A stretch of DNA of 64,000 nt from Candidatus Aenigmatarchaeota archaeon (GCA_041489155.1 JBGPQP010000004.1:31030-95029), one strand, 5' to 3'; shown: positions 28,137 to 38,112, counted from the first letter of the stretch. Program-made: numbers and translations. The notes: generated by a model from the letters alone, not told the origin.

Positions 28137-30209
28137 TCAGCGTAATTTTCTTATCATGATTTTATTGTACAGCCTTTTCAGCCTTATGTATTCTTCGCCG
28201 GCCAGTTTCCTTTCCTCGTAAGAAAGCGAATTGTAAATATGATTGGCCTTTTCATACGCATCCTTAGCGCCGTCCATATCGGTTTCAACCAATGACTCTC
28301 CTATTCTCAAAAAGCCGCGCATATTATCAATCTTATCTTTGGCATCTGCGGTTCTGTCCCTCCGTTGCGGCGGACCTTCTTCATTGTAGTCAGCGTATCC
28401 AATCTCTTTCCTGAAAATAGCTTTTAGGTTGTTTTTCTGCTCCTCCAGATGGGCAGCCCTCAGCAATTTCGATATCTTTTTATTGTAAAATGCAATCATA
28501 GATAAGGCAATCAGCACGACGATGATTATTGAAACTATTACTGTGCTCCGGCTCAGTTCCTTGAAATATATTTTTTCCATCAGCTGTTCGAGCAGCTTTT
28601 TTGCTTCCAGGAGAGAGACATACGCATCGATGAATCTGTTCTCCTTTTTTAGCGTAATGCTTCTGAAAACCATCTCGTTCACAGTTTTAAGCACATCTTT
28701 TTCTTCCGAATATGCTTCTGCCTTAATCATGTCAGAACTCATGTCTTGCATGATTCTGAAATATTCAGCATTCAGAACTAATTCGATGGTCTCGGTCACG
28801 TAGTCGTATCCGTTCATTGCCTGTTTTGATTTTTCCATGGTTCCGTTGTAATCACCGGAGGCAAACATTTTCATTGCGGCATCGAGAGCAGAATCAAAGT
28901 CGGACATGTTTTTTTCAGAGCCTGGCACTTCCAATCCGAAGTTATTTGTCCAATTCAACATCGCATGCGTCTCTGATTTTCTTCTGACAGCCTCTTCGAG
29001 CATGAATTTCGCGCGGTTTTTTGTGCTCCTTGAAACCCCTAGCGCAACCACTTTCGGCACTTCTGATGTGCCGGACTTGGCAACAAGCGAAAGGCTGTAT
29101 AACTGCTCGATTGCGCTGTCCGGAAGCTTGATCGCAACAAAAAAATTCTTTGATTCACCAGTTTTGATGTCCTGCTGTGTGGGGGCTACAAGTACCCAGT
29201 TGGAGGTAATACCATACACCTGAAGGGAGGTGTTATATGCCGTGGAATTGCCCGTGTTTTTGACCTCAACGCTGAATTTCAATTCCTCTCCTGGGAACGC
29301 TTCGAGATAGTTCGGCGATATTATTGCAAAATCGGGCCTGGGCAGTTCCTGCGGGATAATTGCGCCCGAAGTGCCTCCGCCGCCATTTCTTGGCGGCGGC
29401 GAAGAAAGAACATAAAATAGCGGGCTGACGGCTCGTTTTATGTTTTCGTCGTTGGGATACTTTAGGGCAGCGATGAAATAGTATGAACCCGTATTCTCAT
29501 TTACCGCAACGCTCTTGGTGTAATTCAGCCATTCTGCTATTGCTTTCCACGCGCATCCGTAGTTGTTGTAAGAAGGACCGCAAAGATATGCAGGATCACT
29601 GTTTATGCAGTAACAAATCTGGACATCGGTTGTTTCAAGGGGGGTAATCTTGTGTACCGAAATGTCCGCTTCGATGACCTGTCCTTGGTAAAGTGCTGAG
29701 GGCCTTATGCCCGTGATCTCTATATCATCGATTGGATTTGTTGTGTTGACGTGGATCTGCAAGCTGGTGCTGTTCAAGCGATTGTCGTCAAGCGAGTATG
29801 AATAGAAAGTAATGTCATAAGTCCCTCCGTCATATCCGCTGCTTGGAGGAACATAGATGCGCAAGGTGACATTGCGGTCGCCGAAACCGGGCAGCAGGAA
29901 TGCATAGTTGTCCTGGTAATAACTCATGCCTCCGCTCTGGTTCTGGAATTTAACGAAGCCGTTGGTATCGCTCTTGTTCAGGTATACGAGGACGTCAAGC
30001 GGATGGTTCTGGTAAACGGTCAGGTTCAGATAAAAGTAGTAGTCTTCAGGCACAAGTACGTTGCCATACTGCGGGAAAACGCCAAGCATACCCTTGACAG
30101 TGGCGTTCATATTGGTACTGCCGCCGGCGTACTGGGCCGATGCATTTGATGCCAGCAGCAAATAGAAAACTGTGAAGCAAAGAATACTAAGGGAACTCCT
30201 CATGTACAA
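28137..30209 (-). CDS. Secreted, C-terminally membrane-anchored surface protein (N-terminal donor-strand-like motif, Ig/CARDB-like domains, helical stalk, TM)
   Basis: Signal peptide ending ASA; YAGGSTNMNATVKG; VEVKNTGN CARDB-like segment; TM near residue 560. Confidence 0.85.
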   Translation of the reverse strand: MYMRSSLSILCFTVFYLLLASNASAQYAGGSTNMNATVKGMLGVFPQYGNVLVPEDYYFYLNLTVYQNHPLDVLVYLNKSDTNGFVKFQNQSGGMSYYQDNYAFLLPGFGDRNVTLRIYVPPSSGYDGGTYDITFYSYSLDDNRLNSTSLQIHVNTTNPIDDIEITGIRPSALYQGQVIEADISVHKITPLETTDVQICYCINSDPAYLCGPSYNNYGCAWKAIAEWLNYTKSVAVNENTGSYYFIAALKYPNDENIKRAVSPLFYVLSSPPPRNGGGGTSGAIIPQELPRPDFAIISPNYLEAFPGEELKFSVEVKNTGNSTAYNTSLQVYGITSNWVLVAPTQQDIKTGESKNFFVAIKLPDSAIEQLYSLSLVAKSGTSEVPKVVALGVSRSTKNRAKFMLEEAVRRKSETHAMLNWTNNFGLEVPGSEKNMSDFDSALDAAMKMFASGDYNGTMEKSKQAMNGYDYVTETIELVLNAEYFRIMQDMSSDMIKAEAYSEEKDVLKTVNEMVFRSITLKKENRFIDAYVSLLEAKKLLEQLMEKIYFKELSRSTVIVSIIIVVLIALSMIAFYNKKISKLLRAAHLEEQKNNLKAIFRKEIGYADYNEEGPPQRRDRTADAKDKIDNMRGFLRIGESLVETDMDGAKDAYEKANHIYNSLSYEERKLAGEEYIRLKRLYNKIMIRKLR

Positions 30210-30234
30210 ATGATTGAATCGTTTCCATATAAAA

Positions 30235-30807
30235 CTACTTTCCGGATTTCTTTTTATTGCGCTTTTTCAAAACGAAGATTGCAACCGCCAGCGCCACGAT
30301 TATCAATACGGCTGCCGAAAAAATAACGGGCAATATGCCAATGGGCTCCACTTGCACAGAAAATTCATATGGCTCCTTTATCGTGGCTACCCCTATTTTT
30401 ATGCTGTTAAGGATTGCACCATTGTAGACGACCTTTTCGGGGTTAATCTGGTAAATGATGGGCGCAGAAATTTCAAGGCACACCACCTTGCAAGATGGGT
30501 TGTCTGGGGACATGCACTTCTCGGAAATGCAAGATCGCCTCAAGTTCGTTTCCTGCGGGCAGTCAATCGGCGTTAGAGTAAAATCGTTAGGCGATATCTT
30601 TGTAGTGAGGGTGCTTACATCACCCGTGGTTCCTATATGATACGTCCCGCCTTCCTGGGTGGCGTAAATCCAGACGTCGCAGAAGTTGGTTTTGCTTCCG
30701 GATGGAAGTGTAATGCCGCCCTGTCCAAGAGAAATGCCTGCCTCAGCATTTGGCAAAAGCGATATTAAAAACAAAACGGCCACGAGTGTCGCTAAATAAA
30801 GTCTCAT
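30235..30807 (-). CDS. Secreted Cys-rich protein with C-terminal TM anchor
   Basis: Signal peptide ending AEA; beta-rich body; TM followed by KKRNKKK. Confidence 0.8.
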   Translation of the reverse strand: MRLYLATLVAVLFLISLLPNAEAGISLGQGGITLPSGSKTNFCDVWIYATQEGGTYHIGTTGDVSTLTTKISPNDFTLTPIDCPQETNLRRSCISEKCMSPDNPSCKVVCLEISAPIIYQINPEKVVYNGAILNSIKIGVATIKEPYEFSVQVEPIGILPVIFSAAVLIIVALAVAIFVLKKRNKKKSGK

Positions 30808-30926
30808 GTGATTTAATTGTGTTATTGTTTAAAAAACTTATCACTTGAAAGGACCTGCTGGAAATCCTCGTGATAGCGAGAATACCTGATCACAAAAAGC
30901 TGTAAGTTGTGTGCTGCGTGAGAGAC

Positions 30927-31538
30927 TTAAGCGCACGTTCCGCAGTTGCTCTCAGAGGTTCCTTCTTGTCTTCCGCACCAACAGTATCCGGTTACATATA
31001 CGCCTGGCTGCTGGCCGGCCGGTACACTAAGGAAGTATGTTGCCCAGCAGTTCGAATTAATCGAGCTGCTTTCGCACGTTTCCATTCCAGACCACCCGTT
31101 GGTCAGCGATATCGCAGTGCCGTTGCTGAAAATGTTGGTGCCGTTGTTCGCGGTGCTGTTTGCATGATAAGTGACGTTGCCTATGCCGATGTAATAACTT
31201 TCGGTCGTGAGGTTGGTCCTGTTGCTCGCATGTGAGAAATTGATGCTCACCGTAGATGAAGCGTCGACCGTGAGGTTAAAGGTCGAGCCTCCGTTGGCGG
31301 CGTTGTTGTTGCAACTCGCGTTGTTGCCGTTGCTGCTCTGATCCTGGGTGGCGAATGTAATGCCGTTCGTGAGGCAATTTGAGATTAAAATCGACACCCA
31401 TCCGCGAACCGTCACGTTCATCGTTGTGCTGCCGGTCGCGTAGTCAGCCGAGTCTCCCAAAGGAGTGAAAACGCTTAACGTAAGCGCAAATAAGCCGAAT
31501 ACTATGAATATTCCCAACGCCCCAATTCCAACTCTCAT
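30927..31538 (-). CDS. Secreted beta-rich protein, candidate major pilin subunit
   Basis: Signal peptide; YATGSTTMNVTVRG; domain homologous to the adhesin C-terminus; own TATA at ~31561. Confidence 0.8.
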   Translation of the reverse strand: MRVGIGALGIFIVFGLFALTLSVFTPLGDSADYATGSTTMNVTVRGWVSILISNCLTNGITFATQDQSSNGNNASCNNNAANGGSTFNLTVDASSTVSINFSHASNRTNLTTESYYIGIGNVTYHANSTANNGTNIFSNGTAISLTNGWSGMETCESSSINSNCWATYFLSVPAGQQPGVYVTGYCWCGRQEGTSESNCGTCA

Positions 31539-31597
31539 AAATATTTATTAAGGCACTAGAATATAAATGTTTAAACATTTTTATTTTAAACTTCTTC

Positions 31598-34500
31598 CTA
31601 CCCCCTTTCTTCTTTTATGTAAATCGTTGTGTTGTACGAGTTCGGGTCCTGTCCCTGCGGAACCGACAGCCAGAAATACAGAGTAGTTATGTTGCTCTGG
31701 CCCGCGGGAACGTTCGACCTTATCAACTGATAGCCAGTTGAAAGCTGTATGACCTGGGAATCTGGCGACGTAGAATTGACAGTTACGTTACCTATGCCTA
31801 TGACCGAACTCCCGTTTACCAGGTCACCTGTCGCCATTATCGAAACGTTGACTGTCCCGCAGCCAGCGGTGGACAAATCGGTTATGTTGTAGTTCCCGTT
31901 GTCCACCGCGGAAACGTTAACCTGATCCGGGTCCTGCTCAGCGAAGCGAATGCCTGCCTCAAGCTGCGAAGTCATTGCGAAATCAACGTTGCAGGCGCTC
32001 ACGCTCAAATTCAGAACAGTCGTGTTCGAATTAATCCTTCCGGAAGAATCGTTCACGTACGTGGTGTTGTAAAAGAACGTCCCGGCCGAATCGCCCACGT
32101 TAACATTCACCGAATACCAGCCGTCGCCAGCCGAACCTGCGCAGCTGCCTGTGTCGGACATCGTTATATTGAATATGCTCCCGTTGGATTGCGTTACCGT
32201 AGTCCAGACAGCATTTACCCCAAAATTATCAGAAACTCCTGAAACGTTCAGGCATACAATTGTATTCATGCCCACAGAGCCTGAGTTGTTGATATGTTTG
32301 CTTCCTATTTGTGGGTTTGTTAAATCTACCGTGAACGTCCTGTTCACGTTGGACCAGTCTGCCTGATTAATTGTATCATTACACCACGCATCCCACTTCC
32401 ATGTCCCTTCTGGTATGCCGGAGACGGTCACATTCCACCAACCGTTGTTCGTGGGGCTTGAATTGGTCTGGTTCGCGTGCCAGCCTGACCAGTTGCCGTA
32501 GAGCTTGAGCGTACTCACGCCTATATTATCAGAACACTTCAAATCGAAAACTATTGAGCCGTCGGAGTCGTTATAATAGGTGACAGGATTCGTTCCCAGG
32601 GAGGCGGTTGGGTCGGCATCACTTTCTTCTTCTATCGTTATGTTGTGTTCCGAACCCAGCGTCAGGGTGAAGTTCAACTCTCCGTTAGCCTGCGATGTGA
32701 GATTGCAGTTCGCATCATTACAATCATTTCCGTCCATCTTTGCGGAATAGTTAATTGTCGTGTTTGGCATCTGCACTGTCAGATTTGTTGAGCCTGTCCC
32801 GTCCAAATAAATAGTTGCGTTATTTGTATCAGATGCAGGCGAGGTTGCTGATAAAATAAGGACATCGGTGTTTGTGTTGTTCTTTATTTGAGGGGTTGTT
32901 GTGTACAAGTAAGATATGTTTACATAAGAAGGATTTGTTTGATTAGTATACCATGTTGGATGCGTTCTCAATTTAACAGCCAGCCGGTACCATGATTTTA
33001 CATAATCCATTGACCAGTTCACAGTAAAGTTTCTGTTAATCCATGTATAGACAGTTACAATGGGGACACTTTGATTATAATCGCTGTTACTATCATAAGT
33101 AGTATATCTTTCAACACCTGTATAACTATCTGATTCAGCTTTATACCAAAAAGACATGTTCATATCTTTAATAAAACTGGGGACAGTTACCGTTAAATCA
33201 TCAGGAGATGCTTGAACCCAACCACTGCAGCTCCAATATTCTTCTGTTGTTGGGGGCGTTAAAAGCAAAGATTTTGCATCGGTGCCAATACCTGTTGGCT
33301 GACCGTGCGTTGGGTTAACATCCCTGAAATAGTAATCCACTTTTGCTTCTGTTGTATTAACAAGAAACGCATAGTTTCTTATTACATTATTGTTGTTGGT
33401 GGGTTCTGTTACATTTATTAGCAAAGAATATAACCCAAGCCTTGTTGCCGTAAAATTCCCTGTAATGCTATTCCCGCTTTTTGACATACTAACTGTTTCA
33501 TAAGGCCTTGTTGTTATGTTGTATGCGCAATTATCGCAGGCTCCTCCACCTAGATAATACAGAGATATATTAAATCCAACCAAGTCATTAACATTAGGCG
33601 TTTGATTAGTTGTTGAAACCGTAATCATGGTGTTATTAATATTATGTATAAATTTATTATTGGAATAGATATTGTTTGAACTACTCATATCATATACATT
33701 ATTTGATATAGTATTCCCAGTTAGATGGGTATTAGACGAAGACTGAAGATAAATACCATACCGAATGTTTGAATCGGCAGTGTTATTCGTAAGGTTGTTA
33801 TCATAAGACGAAGAATCAATATAAATCCCGGCATAATAATTCGAATTAGCAGTGTTATTCGTAAGGGTGTTATTAGATGAACCCTGAAGATAAATACCAG
33901 AGCCCATGGACCAAGTGTTCGAATTGGCAGTGTTATTCGTAAGGGTGTTATTAGATGAAGAAGAAAGATAAATACCATGAGAGTTCATGCTCAAATTGAC
34001 AGTGTTATTCGCAAGGGTATTAGATGAAGAATAAAGAAAAATACCCGCGTGGACACTCGAACTAATAATATTATTGGCTATAATGTTATTATCAGAATAA
34101 GAATAAAATGTAAGTCCACGATAATTATTTGTTATAGTATTTCCTCTAATTTCTGTTCCTGTTGCATTAATCTCCAAACCATACTTACCGTCTGTGTTAG
34201 ACCATCCAGCCTCGCTCAGCAAGGAATTCTTCATCGCAAATGTTGAGCCAGAATCAACTTTAAAGAAGAATTCACGTGTTGTATTGACTGCTGTGATATT
34301 GCTTGCATCACTTGTTGTTGATGCGTCATCATCATTGTCATAGATGTAGAAAGCCCCTCCTGACTGTACTTTGATTCCGTACTGGCCATCACTAGAAGAA
34401 TTCATTTTAGGGGTGACGTTCCTGAATGTGAGATTGCCGCCGTTCTGTATTGTAAGATTGCCAGTCATTGTCATTATTCTATTGCTGCACATCTGTGTAT

Positions 34501-36772
34501 TGCTAATAATCCAATCATCACCACTGCCAGGATATGCACAGGTTGTATTAATACTGAATGAAACATTTGTTATGCTATTAAGATTTCCCAATGTGTCATT
34601 TGCAAACAAGTATAATGTGTGCGTTCCTTCTGATGTGTCGAATGTTGTGTTTGCGCAGTTTGCCAATGTCGTGTTGGCGCCTTTGTCAAGGTTGTACCAG
34701 CACTTATCAACGCCTGTGTAATCCGTGACAGTGTAATTCAAGTTTATTGACAGATTTCCGTATGTTCTGTTTTTTGGAGCAACTATTGTGATGCTTGGCG
34801 GTATGTTATCCGCTTGCACTTGCAGAGAGCCAGTATTATCTAGGTTTGCTGAACCTGCCTCTATGTAGGTTGATGTTCCTACTGCACATCCTTCAACTGT
34901 CCAGTTAATAGTGCCAGCAGGATTGCTTGCGGGAAGGATAGAGCAAGAAACGTTGCTGGCGTAAATAGCGCAATAGGAAGCCATGGTGCCAGTCGTTTGT
35001 ATCGCTATAATTCGTATCTGGTTTGAACCGCATGCATTAGTTATTGTCGCGCCACCTGAAACTGTTAAGGTGATTGTTCCGCTCCATGGGTCGCCAGTTT
35101 CATAGTGCACAACCGAGAAGGTTGTGTTCTGGCCTAAGCTTATTGGTGAAGTGACAACAGTAAATGATGAATCATAAAGCCTTGCTGGCGCGTCGCTTGC
35201 AATCATCCATTGTCTCGACTCTTTCCAATTGCCGATTTCAAGCGGCCCGAGGATGAAGAGAGAGGGGGAGATGTCGGGCGCATCGAATTCGTAACCGATT
35301 TCATAGGTTTCGCCCGGGGTCAGCTTCTTGTCCCATGACAGAATCTTGGCATCCCCCGCGTCTGTGACCGTCATACCTTCATTAGGCGTTATTTCAAAGC
35401 CTGAAGGCACGTATTCGTTTATCAGGCCTTCGTAATCCTTGTTAGCCTTTATGACGAAAATCATACTGTATTTCGCCGGCGGATATATTCTTGTCGGACC
35501 ATTTCTTGCGACGTCGAAATCCGTTCGCTTTTTCACCTCGAATGCGTCTGTCATGCTCCTTACGCCGTTCATTGTAATAGCTGTCAGATTCATGGTATAT
35601 GTACCTTCCTTGTTCACGATGTAAGAGGCATAGTAATCGGGAAGGTTGGTCACTCCGTAGAGTTCGCATTCAGGCGAAACGCTTATAGTGCCATCGGACG
35701 TTCCCAAGGTTGTTGTTACGCCTTGCGAATCTGTTATTTGAAGCGTTACGTCGGCGTTGCAGACCATGTGACCTTGGTCGTCCAGAACGGCCATTCCGAT
35801 GAAGGCCTGCTCGTTTTCGAGATAAATCGATTTGTGGGTGTTTATGGCGAGCACGCCCCAGAGGAATTCCCCTTCTTTTTCGTATGTTTCATTCCCCTCC
35901 TTTACCTCCATCCTTATCTTGTACAAACCCGCCCTGAACGCCCTTCCTTTCGAAAGCTCTATTTCATACTCCCCACTGCCAACCTTCAAAACATCCGCTT
36001 TTACCTCAAGCAATTTCCGGTCAGGGCCGTAAACAAAAACATTCAAAACCTCCGGCCATGTTCCCTCCTCGATTATCTTTCCCTGCTCGGAAAATACATT
36101 TTTCGAGATCAGCCTGAATCTCGGTTTTTCGTTCATCCCGAATCTCTCCTTTACTGGCGAGAATCCCACAACTTTTTCCAAGAATAACCTTGGGAATGTT
36201 TCGTTGGTTTCCGTTACGTTCAGGTCGTGTTCAAGGAATGACCTGTTCTCGCTTGTTTTGTTAAACTCCTCTTCAAGAACAGTCCTATTCATAGCGGTTT
36301 CATTTTTCAGGAATGTCCTGTTTTCTGCCAACCCAGAAATCAGTTCCTCTCTCGTGACGTTCGATTCAACGCAGTCCCTGCATGTGCCCCACAAATATTT
36401 TCCCGTGGTTTCGTAGCCTTCACTCACATTATCGAAGGTTAAATCAGGAACATATTCAAGAATTTGGACGATTGTCACGCTCGCGAAGAGCACTAGCAAG
36501 GCAAGAATGATAAAACCGGCGTTGATGCTGCACGAGGATTTGGCCCATGCACCTCTGGGGAACCTGTGGCCGTTTTTCGTTTTCGGATAATGCAGCTTCG
36601 CCTTGCCTACGTCCCTCACGATAATCTTGCCCGTTGCCTGAAGGACGACGAGATATTTAGAGGCAGTCATCCTGTTTATGGCTAGCGCGCTGGCTATTTC
36701 CTCTATTGTAAGCCCGTAATCGTGTTTTGCGACAAGTTTCAGAATTTTTTCCTCAGTGCCGTTTCCGCCCAT
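31598..36772 (-). CDS. Giant surface adhesin: N-terminal wHTH, TM/signal segment, Ig-like domains, NosD/CASH beta-helix repeats, C-terminal pilin-like domain
   Basis: LTIEEIASALAINRMTASKYL HTH; GIYLxxSSNNTLTNNTANSN repeats; many NxS/T sequons. Confidence 0.88.
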   Translation of the reverse strand: MGGNGTEEKILKLVAKHDYGLTIEEIASALAINRMTASKYLVVLQATGKIIVRDVGKAKLHYPKTKNGHRFPRGAWAKSSCSINAGFIILALLVLFASVTIVQILEYVPDLTFDNVSEGYETTGKYLWGTCRDCVESNVTREELISGLAENRTFLKNETAMNRTVLEEEFNKTSENRSFLEHDLNVTETNETFPRLFLEKVVGFSPVKERFGMNEKPRFRLISKNVFSEQGKIIEEGTWPEVLNVFVYGPDRKLLEVKADVLKVGSGEYEIELSKGRAFRAGLYKIRMEVKEGNETYEKEGEFLWGVLAINTHKSIYLENEQAFIGMAVLDDQGHMVCNADVTLQITDSQGVTTTLGTSDGTISVSPECELYGVTNLPDYYASYIVNKEGTYTMNLTAITMNGVRSMTDAFEVKKRTDFDVARNGPTRIYPPAKYSMIFVIKANKDYEGLINEYVPSGFEITPNEGMTVTDAGDAKILSWDKKLTPGETYEIGYEFDAPDISPSLFILGPLEIGNWKESRQWMIASDAPARLYDSSFTVVTSPISLGQNTTFSVVHYETGDPWSGTITLTVSGGATITNACGSNQIRIIAIQTTGTMASYCAIYASNVSCSILPASNPAGTINWTVEGCAVGTSTYIEAGSANLDNTGSLQVQADNIPPSITIVAPKNRTYGNLSINLNYTVTDYTGVDKCWYNLDKGANTTLANCANTTFDTSEGTHTLYLFANDTLGNLNSITNVSFSINTTCAYPGSGDDWIISNTQMCSNRIMTMTGNLTIQNGGNLTFRNVTPKMNSSSDGQYGIKVQSGGAFYIYDNDDDASTTSDASNITAVNTTREFFFKVDSGSTFAMKNSLLSEAGWSNTDGKYGLEINATGTEIRGNTITNNYRGLTFYSYSDNNIIANNIISSSVHAGIFLYSSSNTLANNTVNLSMNSHGIYLSSSSNNTLTNNTANSNTWSMGSGIYLQGSSNNTLTNNTANSNYYAGIYIDSSSYDNNLTNNTADSNIRYGIYLQSSSNTHLTGNTISNNVYDMSSSNNIYSNNKFIHNINNTMITVSTTNQTPNVNDLVGFNISLYYLGGGACDNCAYNITTRPYETVSMSKSGNSITGNFTATRLGLYSLLINVTEPTNNNNVIRNYAFLVNTTEAKVDYYFRDVNPTHGQPTGIGTDAKSLLLTPPTTEEYWSCSGWVQASPDDLTVTVPSFIKDMNMSFWYKAESDSYTGVERYTTYDSNSDYNQSVPIVTVYTWINRNFTVNWSMDYVKSWYRLAVKLRTHPTWYTNQTNPSYVNISYLYTTTPQIKNNTNTDVLILSATSPASDTNNATIYLDGTGSTNLTVQMPNTTINYSAKMDGNDCNDANCNLTSQANGELNFTLTLGSEHNITIEEESDADPTASLGTNPVTYYNDSDGSIVFDLKCSDNIGVSTLKLYGNWSGWHANQTNSSPTNNGWWNVTVSGIPEGTWKWDAWCNDTINQADWSNVNRTFTVDLTNPQIGSKHINNSGSVGMNTIVCLNVSGVSDNFGVNAVWTTVTQSNGSIFNITMSDTGSCAGSAGDGWYSVNVNVGDSAGTFFYNTTYVNDSSGRINSNTTVLNLSVSACNVDFAMTSQLEAGIRFAEQDPDQVNVSAVDNGNYNITDLSTAGCGTVNVSIMATGDLVNGSSVIGIGNVTVNSTSPDSQVIQLSTGYQLIRSNVPAGQSNITTLYFWLSVPQGQDPNSYNTTIYIKEERG
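33740..34035 (-). repeat. Imperfect tandem coding repeats (beta-helix coils)
   Basis: Recurrent GCAGTGTTATTCGTAAGG(G)TGTTATTAGATGA units. Confidence 0.8.
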
Positions 36773-36833
36773 CAGAAACCTCGCCAGCCAAAAACCATGT
36801 TTAATTATTTATACGAGGTCATATAAATTTTTT

Positions 36834-36860
36834 AATCATTGATGATTATCATTGATGATT
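36834..36860. promoter_or_regulatory. Tandem palindromic operator next to the adhesin TATA box
   Basis: AATCAT-TG-ATGATT followed by ATCAT-TG-ATGATT; minus-strand TTTATAT at 36821-36827. Confidence 0.65.
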
Positions 36861-36963
36861 ATTTATTTCATCACCAAGTGCAAGATATCAAAAAAAATCC
36901 CCTAGCAAGCGACATGGTATAATGGCAACATTTAAATAGCCGACATATAATAATGTGATTATT

Positions 36964-37566
36964 ATGCCAAAAGAGAAAGTGCAAGTAATGGTTGAAGGCG
37001 GCAAGGCAACAGCCGCTCCTCCGCTGGGACCAGCCCTTGGACCGCTTGGCGTCCCGATAAAGAAGATAATAGACGAGATAAACACCAAGACCAAGGACCT
37101 TGCAGGCACACAGGTTCCGGTGACCGTCATAGTTGATACCTCGACCAAGAACTTCGAGGTAAAGGTCGGCACGCCGCCGGTCAGCGCGCTCATCAAAAAA
37201 GAGCTCGGCATAGAGGCCGGCGCCAGCGAGGCGGGAAAGGTAAGGGCGGGCGACCTCACCGAAGAACAGGTTGTCAGGATTGCTTCTGCAAAATTCGGCT
37301 CAACCGATCCCCGCTACGTGAACCAGATAAAGGGCTCGGCGAGGAGCATGGGGATAACGATAGGCAAAGGCCCGCTGAGCGAAGATGAAATAAAGGCCTA
37401 CGAAGACGCCAGGAAGAGGGCGACTGAAGCCAAGATGGCAGCCGCCGCCCCTGCAGCAGCGCCGGTGGAAGGAGAAGCACCGGCCGCAGCGCCCGTCGCA
37501 GCCGCGCCCAAGAAGGAAGAGAAACCCAAGGAAGAAAAGAAGAGAAAGATCAGAAGGGGCAAGTAA
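36964..37566 (+). CDS. rpl11: 50S ribosomal protein L11 with Ala/Pro/Lys-rich tail
   Basis: GGKATAAPPLGPALGPLG, VGTPPVSALIKKELG. Confidence 0.96.
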   Translation: MPKEKVQVMVEGGKATAAPPLGPALGPLGVPIKKIIDEINTKTKDLAGTQVPVTVIVDTSTKNFEVKVGTPPVSALIKKELGIEAGASEAGKVRAGDLTEEQVVRIASAKFGSTDPRYVNQIKGSARSMGITIGKGPLSEDEIKAYEDARKRATEAKMAAAAPAAAPVEGEAPAAAPVAAAPKKEEKPKEEKKRKIRRGK

Positions 37567-37593
37567 GGCTTGAAATTTTAAATTGAAAATTAT

Positions 37594-38112
37594 TCAGTAG
37601 TCAGTCGTCTCTATCTTTTCCGCCAGGCTTTTCTTTATCAGGAGGTCTGCGTTGGGCTCGGGCAGGGTCGTGATGTCGCCTTTCTTGAAAGGCCCGTAGT
37701 TTTTCATGTTTATGCCGACGAACTTCGCGACGTCGTCGAGCAGCGTGACCATGACCAGCTTTTCGGCCTGCCTTTCCAGCTTCTCCTCCCTGCCCTTCTG
37801 GAAGCCGTTTATGCATTCGACTATCTTTTCGAAAAAGCTTCGCTCCTCGGCTGCCATGTTTTCGGGCACCACGCCGGAGTCTATGAAGCCGTGCGCGGCA
37901 TTGAGAATCTTGCGCTCGCGCCGCTCGAATATCGTCTTAAGGCGGCGTTTCACCGCTTCCATGGCCCACTGGTCCGTCTCGTCGCGGGACATTTTCCCTT
38001 TCTTTTCCAAGTATTCCCTGACCTGCTCGAAGAATTCCTCTGGCAGCTTGGTCAGACCAGCGGAGTTCCTCTCGTCCTCGAATATGCGCCTTATCGTCTC
38101 GTCGGTGAGCAT
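37594..38112 (-). CDS. GINS complex subunit (Gins51-type)
   Basis: LTKLPEEFF, RRERKIL, C-terminal B-domain YGPFKKGDITTLP. Confidence 0.85.
   Translation of the reverse strand: MLTDETIRRIFEDERNSAGLTKLPEEFFEQVREYLEKKGKMSRDETDQWAMEAVKRRLKTIFERRERKILNAAHGFIDSGVVPENMAAEERSFFEKIVECINGFQKGREEKLERQAEKLVMVTLLDDVAKFVGINMKNYGPFKKGDITTLPEPNADLLIKKSLAEKIETTDY

Noticed and set aside
33740..34035. Possible CRISPR-like repeats
   Set aside because: In-frame degenerate beta-helix coding repeats; no array or cas genes in the window.
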